From Octopus vulgaris (taxonomy: Eukaryota), in the NCBI GenBank assembly GCA_951406725.2, contig OX597823.1, forward strand, positions 56,730,001 through 56,794,000: 64,000 nt of DNA, written 5' to 3'. Below the pieces are notes generated by a model. That model was not told where the DNA came from. It did not search any database and saw only the letters and a list, made by a program, of their open reading frames with translations. This document shows positions 56,219 through 64,000 of the stretch, one piece after another. Position numbers and translations under genes: made by a program. Each line of letters opens with the position of its first letter. The first letter of the stretch is position 1.

Positions 56219-56952
56219 GTATGTCTTATTTCCCAACTCCCGCCATACACATGACAGCCTTGCACCACTTGAAAGCATTATATTGTACAGTAAACAAGCC
56301 ATTATCTATGCGACAGTTTTTAACATTGAATACAGCTTACTCTAAAGTATTCTAAGTTTTCCACATTTCACGCTGTTCAGTATGAACTAGTCTGGTTTAG
56401 ACCGGCCAAAACTTGTCTGATTTGTCTGGTTTTGTATGGTCTGATCTGATCTGGATATTTGTTTTTTTATTTTGTTTTGTTGTATTTTGTCGTTTTGCTT
56501 TTATCTGGTATCATTTCGTTCGTTCGGCTCGGTTCGGTTCGGTTCGGTTCGGTTCGGTGTGGTGTGTGTGATATGGTCGTGTGATAAGACGTGGTGTATG
56601 TGGCCTGTTGCGTTTTTGTATGATCTGTCCTGATGTTGACTGGTGCTGATGTGATTTGGTGTTTTCTTGAGTGTCTTCGTGGTTCACTTTGTTTTGTCGT
56701 GGTGTCGTATGATTTGGCATATGCATACATACTCCCCACCACGCATGGTTATATATATATATATATATATATACGCATCTATACATATACATGCATACAT
56801 ATATATGTATATACATATATATGTACATATATGCACATCTATACATACACTTAAATACACATATACATATATGTATATATTTATACACACACATATATAC
56901 ACATATATGCATATATATGTATGCATATACATATGTATATATGTGTATATGC

Positions 56953-57005
<53 letters not shown>

Positions 57006-57179
57006 CACATGTATGTGCGTATGCGTTTATATGTATATGTATATGTATGTATATATATATATATATATATATAATACAAATATATATATATCTATCTATG
57101 TATATATGTACGTATATATGTGTAGAGTGTTAGGTGCATAAACATGTACTCACACAAACCCACACATATACACACACAC

Positions 57180-57227
<48 letters not shown>

Positions 57228-57500
57228 AGGATTGATGGCTAGAATTGTATGTATGTAAAGAATTGTATCTATGTATATTTTTCTTTCGTTCAATATATAG
57301 TACTACTCGATACCTAAATACACAATGTCTAGAATTATCTTAATATCATCTATTACATATGCAAACTATAATTCCTAAATATCTTAATTTTATACGTTAC
57401 GACCGTAGGTTCCATGCAATCATCAGCGACTGATATTCATAGCAGGAACCTATACAAGTAAACACTTTCAATTATTTGGTTCTATTATATAGTAGCTATA

Positions 57501-57575
<75 letters not shown>

Positions 57576-57741
57576 TAGTTATCGCCAAGCTAATATGGTA
57601 GTCCATAAATATAAGACTAAAGCTGCCGTTGATTAGCTCCAAGAGGCCATCACATCTAGCTAGCTAATATGACACACGAACCTGTGTCCATTATAACCTT
57701 CGAACAGGGGAGTTCAGCCGCTTCCCCTTGCTGGTCAGACA

Positions 57742-57784
57742 TCTGCAGACATGTTTCAGGGTATTTGCCCTTTATCAACGCAGA
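57742..57784 (-). ncRNA. Type-I hammerhead ribozyme, U3:A8 core variant
   Basis: Reverse complement TCTGCG-TTGATAA-AGGG(CAAATA)CCCT-GAAAC-AT-GTC-TGCAGA. All three stems pair and the cleavage triplet is GUC. Confidence 0.8.
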
Positions 57785-57819
57785 GTAGCCAGACACAGCA
57801 GGCGTCGCTACTAACCGTC

Positions 57820-57856
<37 letters not shown>

Positions 57857-57859
57857 ATT

Positions 57860-58061
57860 TTGATTCGCTAGCTTCTGCACGCATTTTTTCTCTCCTTGTT
57901 TCTTTCCGTATTTCTTTTCTGTGTATCTTTCTGTTGAAGAGCGTAGGCTCGAAACGTAAAAGACTTGTTTTATTTATATTCCTGAGCGCCATACTAATAT
58001 AATTGTTTGTTTGTATTCCACCTGCCTTCGTCTTTTGTTTATTTTCATAAAGCTTCCCGTT
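57860..58061 (+). mobile_element. 5'-truncated copy of the PLE 3' end, with HHR at 57926-57963
   Basis: Near-identical to 20319-20521 (TGATTCG.TAGCT...CTGTTGAAGAGCGTAGGCTCGAAACGTAAAAGAC...CATAAAGCTTCCC), followed by (TA)n. Confidence 0.9.
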
Positions 58062-58439
58062 ATATATATATATATATATATATACATATTTGTATGTATG
58101 TATGTATGTATGTATGTATGTATGTATGTATGTATGTATGTATGTATGTATGTATGTATGTGTGTGTGTGTGTATGTATGCGTGTATCACTGTGTCTTCG
58201 CCTTGGCGTCGTGTGATAAATTTATGCAAATGACATCGTGCAAGCGGTGTCCAGTCTTCTGTGAATACATGTTTGGTCATGGGGAAATATCACCTTATTA
58301 GAAACAAGCGATTTCTGGCGACACTAAGGGCAACCAGCTGTAGAAAATCTGCCCCATAAAATTTCGTCCAACCCATGCGAGCATGGGCTGGACGAAGAAG
58401 TAGGCGTTAAAAGTGGACGTTAAAACGATGATTCAAGCA

Positions 58440-59015
58440 AAAAGATTATTTACAGATATTTACGAGAAACAATGTTCCTCATTCAGGATGACTTTTAAAA
58501 AACTCTCGATTAAAATATCATGCAGCTGGTGCCTGAATATGAAGAACTTTATCACTCGTAAGCATTACCAAGAGACCACACCCAATTGTAACTGCTTAGA
58601 TCCTGAAGCGTGCTCATTTGACCAGTCGTATATGATAAACTCTAGTCTGTATGAAGCAGACGTCACACTAACATTTCAAGACAACGTAACTGAAAACAAA
58701 ATTATATCGCTTTATACGATAGCGATTTCAAAAGACTATGCAAACTACCTATTTTCTTTCCGGCATATCGACAAAACTAAAGCCACTAAGTTAGTTGGCT
58801 AGCCACGTATAGGGTTTTAAGACTAACTTCATACCACGTACGATCAAGCGCCGAATCGTAGAAAAATCCATGCCACATGTAAATAGATCTATGAAATGCA
58901 ACATATGCGTAACTGAAAGATCGCACATTCTTTTTAGATTTAAGAATTTCACCACACTAATTAATTCCAGATCCGAAATATGCGTATGGGCAAATTTATT
59001 ATGGTGAACTGGAAG
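58440..59015 (+). pseudogene. Degenerate Naiad-type PLE GIY-YIG/C-terminal fragment
   Basis: IKISCSWCLNMK...CNCLDPEACSF...SSLYEADV...YANYLFSFRH...ATKL, then RIVEKS...KCNICVTERSHI...LINSRSEI. Contains stops and frameshifts. Confidence 0.75.
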
Positions 59016-59433
59016 ATACCACTCTCCCTGAATAGAGCAGCTGTCTCGCAGATTTTGGGCTCCCCTCCGTTGAATAATTCTATGACAACTAGTTTAATTA
59101 TAACCTTTATAGACAAAGGGAACGTAACTCCAATTTTCTTTCTTTTTTTCTTTCACCTTTCCATTTTTTGCATCTATTTTCTCGTTTTTTCTAATGATTT
59201 CTCATGTATCAGCCTTCTGATTTTCAAACTGAACAGACTAGATACTCAAGCATATTGATCGCTCGCGTACAGACACAAAATGTGTTATAAAAACCTGTAT
59301 AGATACGTGTTTTCAAAGCAAGAAACTATAGTAGAACGTATCTTTATACTGTGTACATTATATATATATAACATACATATAATGATTTGATTGACAAAGT
59401 ATGTTATATTTGTAACGGGCAATTTAACTTAAA

Positions 59434-59484
<51 letters not shown>

Positions 59485-59521
59485 CATACATACATATACA
59501 TACATACATATATACATACAT

Positions 59522-59599
<78 letters not shown>

Positions 59600-59793
59600 G
59601 CATAAATCCAAGGGATGTTCACAGTTAATATCATAAGGTTAACACGCAATGAAGGAAGAAGTTACGAAGGAAAAGAATAACATTTCGTATATAATCCTCG
59701 TCGGACATAGGAGAAGGGGAAAAAGAACGAAGGAAAAGTGAGAACAATGGAGCGCCAAGAAAAGCGCGTATTTAACAGGCATTTCCCTGATAC

Positions 59794-59846
<53 letters not shown>

Positions 59847-59984
59847 GCACACACACACATATACGTAAACAATTATTTGTCATGTACATAAAAATGCATA
59901 ATCGAATTTTAAGAGTATATTACGAAATAATTTAACAAACTCCGTCTAAGTAATAACCATTTGAAATTATATAATTTCTGCAGG

Positions 59985-60053
<69 letters not shown>

Positions 60054-60445
60054 AGGGTGTGTGTGTGTGTGTGTGAAATATTCATGACCGCCGTTGTTTG
60101 AAATCACTTGATCTTGAATTTTATACAAAGAAACAGGATAATAACGGTACATTGACTTTATCTGAACATGGCGAAGATGTGAGTGATAATCAGAATGGTC
60201 TAGTTGCAATGTTGTTTAAGCATTTATAGAGAATACAAGAAGGAAATTTCTACCGGAACAGCATTGAAAATAGAAGCAATATACTGTGTCGAGAAAAGTG
60301 AATAATTTCTCTTATTGGAACTTATATATTTAATGGCTAACATTCTACGAGCTTACTGCTGTTGCTTTCGTTATAGTTTTAGTTGATACTAATTTCGCTT
60401 TTAATTTTCTCTTGTCTCGGGTATAACAGGCAATATAGAGTAACC

Positions 60446-60677
60446 TATTTCTTTATTACCCACAAGGGGCTAAACACAGAGGGGACAAACAAGGACAGAC
60501 ATAGGTATTAAGCCGATTACATCGACCCAGTGCGAAACTGGTACTTTATTTATCGACCCCGAAGGGATGAAAGGCAAAGTCGACCTCGGCGGAATTTGAA
60601 CTCAGAACGTAACGACAGACGAAATACGGCTACGCATTTCGCCCGGCGCGCTAACGATTCTACCAGCTCACCGCCTT
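60446..60677 (-). mobile_element. SINE family C monomer
   Basis: Full tRNA-like head GGCGGTGAGCTGGTAGAATCG; 15-bp TSD CAATATAGAGTAACC (60431-60445 / 60678-60692). Further partial copies near 37200-37500, 40890-41010, 42420-42525, 43160-43370 and 48030-48240. Confidence 0.9.
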
Positions 60678-61508
60678 CAATATAGAGTAACCCCCATCAT
60701 AGAGTAACCACCATCACCACTACCACCACAACAACAACAACAATGGGGGCGCAATGGCTCAGTGGTTAGGGCAGCGGACTCGCGGTCGTAAGAAAGCGAT
60801 TTCGATTCCCAGATCGGGCATCGTGAGTGTTTATTGAGCAAAAACACATAAGCTTGACGAGGTATCAGTTGCTCTCTAATATGTATGTGGTCGAGTGTGT
60901 AGTAGTGGATATCTCTAGCTTTCTCGCCCCCCCCCCCGACCATATCCCTGCTCATCGCTATCGGGGTGGAGATGGCTGTTCGTAAGTGCGAACCCCGCAT
61001 CTCCCTCGCCATCCTCCGGGGTAATGCCTTTTCTATTTTGCTCCTTGGGGCCATGAGACGGACTGGCAACCCTTTTTAGATATTTTTTTGCTATGAGAAA
61101 GATATGATGATTTTGGCAGAGCCCTTCAAATTTAGAAAGCTATTTCATTAAATATTATCTTTTATCTTTTAAGTCATTTGACTGCGGCCATGCTGGGGCA
61201 CCGCCTTGAACTTTTAGTCGAATGAATCGACTCCGGTACTTATTTTTAAGCCTAATATTTATTCTCTCAGTATAGTTACTGGAACTTAAACGTACAAACA
61301 CCTGTTGTCAAGTGATGATGGGGGAACAGACACACACACACACACATATGTATATATACATGTATATACGACGTGCTTTTTTCAGTTTCGTCCACCAATT
61401 TCATTTACAAGGCTTTGGTCGTCCCGAAGCAATAATAGCAAACACTTGCTCTAGGTGCCACGCAGCAGGACTGAACCCGGAACCATGTGGTTGGGAAGCA
61501 AGCTTCTT

Positions 61509-61979
61509 TATTTCATTACATTTGCCATAAAGACAGTACATAGAGTAAAGTAGCTTTGCGGGCTGGACAAGGACATTAATGAAATGAATGATAATGAAAG
61601 AGAGATGATAAGGATGAGAGAAGACAAAAACTGAGAAGACTTCTGCTTCTCTAAAACATTGTTCTTTAAAACCAAACACAAAACGAAGTATTAAATTTCT
61701 TACAACTTTTTTTGGACTTAACATTACAAACAACAACATAGTTCAATAATTACATATAATATATATAAATACAATACACAAATCCCCTCCTCCCAGACCT
61801 GGCTTACGCTTCCCTTAGGCAATGCACCAGCTCTAGGTCGGGGCCCCAGAAGGCGTATCTAAACATGTCCTTTGAGAAGGTGTTCATTACCCTGACCATA
61901 GCGACATCAGATATGATCTTCGTAGTCACCTGCGAAGGCCACTCCTCGCCCTCTCTCCAGGGCATGTGCTCCTCCCTCC
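61509..61979 (-). mobile_element. 471-bp retro-insertion (LINE or mRNA 3' end) inside a SINE
   Basis: 16-bp TSD GGGAAGCAAGCTTCTT at 61493-61508 and 61980-61995. The - strand has an ORF end followed by a 3' UTR ending AAATAAA. Confidence 0.8.
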
Positions 61980-62362
61980 GGGAAGCAAGCTTCTTATCAC
62001 ACAGCCACTCCTGCGCTTATGAGAGACAAATGAGATAATTGAAAAACATAAACAGAACGGCTCCAGCTTGTGTCGAATGATTTAGAAAGTATAAACTTGT
62101 AATCTCATCGATAACCAAACGATTAAAAATAATCCTGACTAGTTTAATTACTTTTGTACTAATTGAAAGGCAAATTTCTTATAATTTATAACCTTTTGCC
62201 TGCGTAATTTAGTGCAGAGACCACCTACCTGAATTATCTAATAAAATCACCGCTGGTCAATCAGTAGACATACTTCAGCAGGTTTTTCTCTTTTTAAGAA
62301 TTGTCTCTTCTCAACCTCCTTGAATTCTCACAAAAACACGGACTACGAAGCGACAAGCAGGG

Positions 62363-62418
62363 CGCTGCTGCTGCTGCTGCTGCTACTACTACTACTACTA
62401 CTACTACTGCTGCTGCTG

Positions 62419-62450
<32 letters not shown>

Positions 62451-62496
62451 GCTGCTGCTGCTACTACTACTACTACTACTACTGCTGCTGCTGCTA

Positions 62497-62571
<75 letters not shown>

Positions 62572-62697
62572 TAACTACTACTACTACAATGATAACGACA
62601 ACGAAGACAGCTACCACGATCACCAACACCATCACTACCAACACCATCAACACTACTATTACTTCTACCACCACCACCACCACCACCACCACTACTG

Positions 62698-62738
<41 letters not shown>

Positions 62739-62768
62739 GCTGCTACTACTACTGCTGCTGCTGCTGCC
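62363..62768. repeat. (CTG)n/(CTA)n compound microsatellite
   Basis: Seen directly in the sequence. Confidence 0.9.
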
Positions 62769-63264
62769 ACCTGCCCAAGGCCAAGTCGTCTCCTACTAGT
62801 AGTATGTGGGGCACTGAAATCAAACACAAAAACACATGCATAATTGTCATCCTTCGATAAGATAACCTATGCGTAGGTGAGACGTGACATACGTATATAT
62901 CAACGAGATGGTTGCCGAGATAAAAACACTCTTATTGATGTATACTTGTAGTGTTTTGACGCGTTAACAACATTTCATTGACTAAACGTGTTCTATACTA
63001 AACTCTGGTAAATAAAAGTGTCGGAAAAACTAAAATAACAGACATCGAACTTCCTTAGAATAAAATGTTTCTGAAGGTTTTTATGGTTCTCTTAATTTGA
63101 TTTGTGTCGTTAAAGATGAGAGACAAGTGGTTAGTTTATAGACGTGTAGGTCATTCTCCAATGGATTGCTACGAGCTAGCTTAGTGGTGATATACAGTAG
63201 GTTTAGGTATTTGAAAAGCATGTTAGAATTCTAATGGGCGAAAGCTATTATTTAACTATTTATT

Positions 63265-63302
<38 letters not shown>

Positions 63303-63586
63303 GGGGGAGGGAGGCAGTATTAATATCAAGAAGTGATATTTATCCCCGCTTGAACGTAGACGTTCTACAAGAATAAACTATACGGCAATAGTTACCATGT
63401 TTCATGTTGGCTTTTAACGCAAAACGCACCTTTGTTTACATAGGTAGCGGGGAGATAAATCCCTGACATCTTCAGAGCTGAGACCACCAGATGACGTGAT
63501 TTCGACCTGCCTTGGTCTCATCAATGATGGACATTCGGCCGCTAGAGATAGCAGCGACTCATCTCCATGCAAGCAATATGTGTGTT

Positions 63587-63625
<39 letters not shown>

Positions 63626-63627
<2 letters not shown>

Positions 63628-64000
63628 TCTTTACTTGTTTTAGTCATTGGACTGCGGCCATGCTGGAGCACTACCTTTAGTCGATCAAATCGACCCCGGG
63701 ACTTATTCTTTGTAAGCCCAGTACTTATTCTATCGGTCTCTTTTGCTGAACCGCTAAGTGACGGGGACGTAAACACACCAGCATCGGTTGTCAAGCAATG
63801 CTAGGGGGACAAATACAGACACACAAACTCCCCCGCCACACACATATATATATATATACATATATACGACAGGCTTCTTTCAGTTTCTGTCTACCAAATC
63901 CACTCACAAGGCATTGGTCGGCCCGGGGCTATAGCAGAAGACACTTGCCCAAGATGCCACGCAGTGGGACTGAACCCGGAACCATGTGGTTGGTTAGCAA
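63626..64000 (-). mobile_element. SINE family B, running off the window end
   Basis: Reverse complement of family B. Other copies at ~560-670, 7195-7510, 9295-9410, 9980-10170, 26050-26470, 32545-32885, 38185-38395, 41985-42380, 47030-48005, 53378-53520, 55300-55625 and 61160-62020. Confidence 0.9.

Noticed and set aside
59675-59710. Hammerhead-like CCGACGA...GAAATGTT (- strand)
   Set aside because: Stem I and II pairing is poor. It is possibly an old PLE end but is not supportable as a ribozyme.
62299-62843. Exon or ORF with poly-Ala/Thr
   Set aside because: It is mostly trinucleotide repeat with no recognisable homology.

Overview
This is AT-rich animal genomic DNA saturated with microsatellites. 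The tRNA-derived SINE families and dense (TA)n/(CA)n/(TATG)n/(TAGA)n arrays look like an octopus/cephalopod genome, which is an inference. Almost all entries in the ORF track are microsatellite artefacts. The only intact protein-coding unit is a ~4.27 kb Penelope-like retroelement (PLE, Neptune-type, ~16247-20521, +) between (TA)n tracts. It encodes one RT + Cys-linker + GIY-YIG ORF and carries a non-canonical hammerhead ribozyme (HHR) in its 3' end. Reading both strands reveals about ten more HHR or HHR-like motifs from several unrelated small elements, mostly in (TA)n tracts and often inside fold-back duplications. The variants include a U3:A8 compensated core, A6U/U4C cores with an extra A9.1, a ~65-nt stem II and one type-II permuted candidate. 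The window also holds many SINEs (one trimer inserted as a single TSD-bounded unit), CR1-, R4/Dong-, RTE- and Naiad-type fragments, a pogo transposase relic and Tigger/hAT MITEs. One host exon on the - strand is possible. All ribozyme folds were assigned by eye and are untested.
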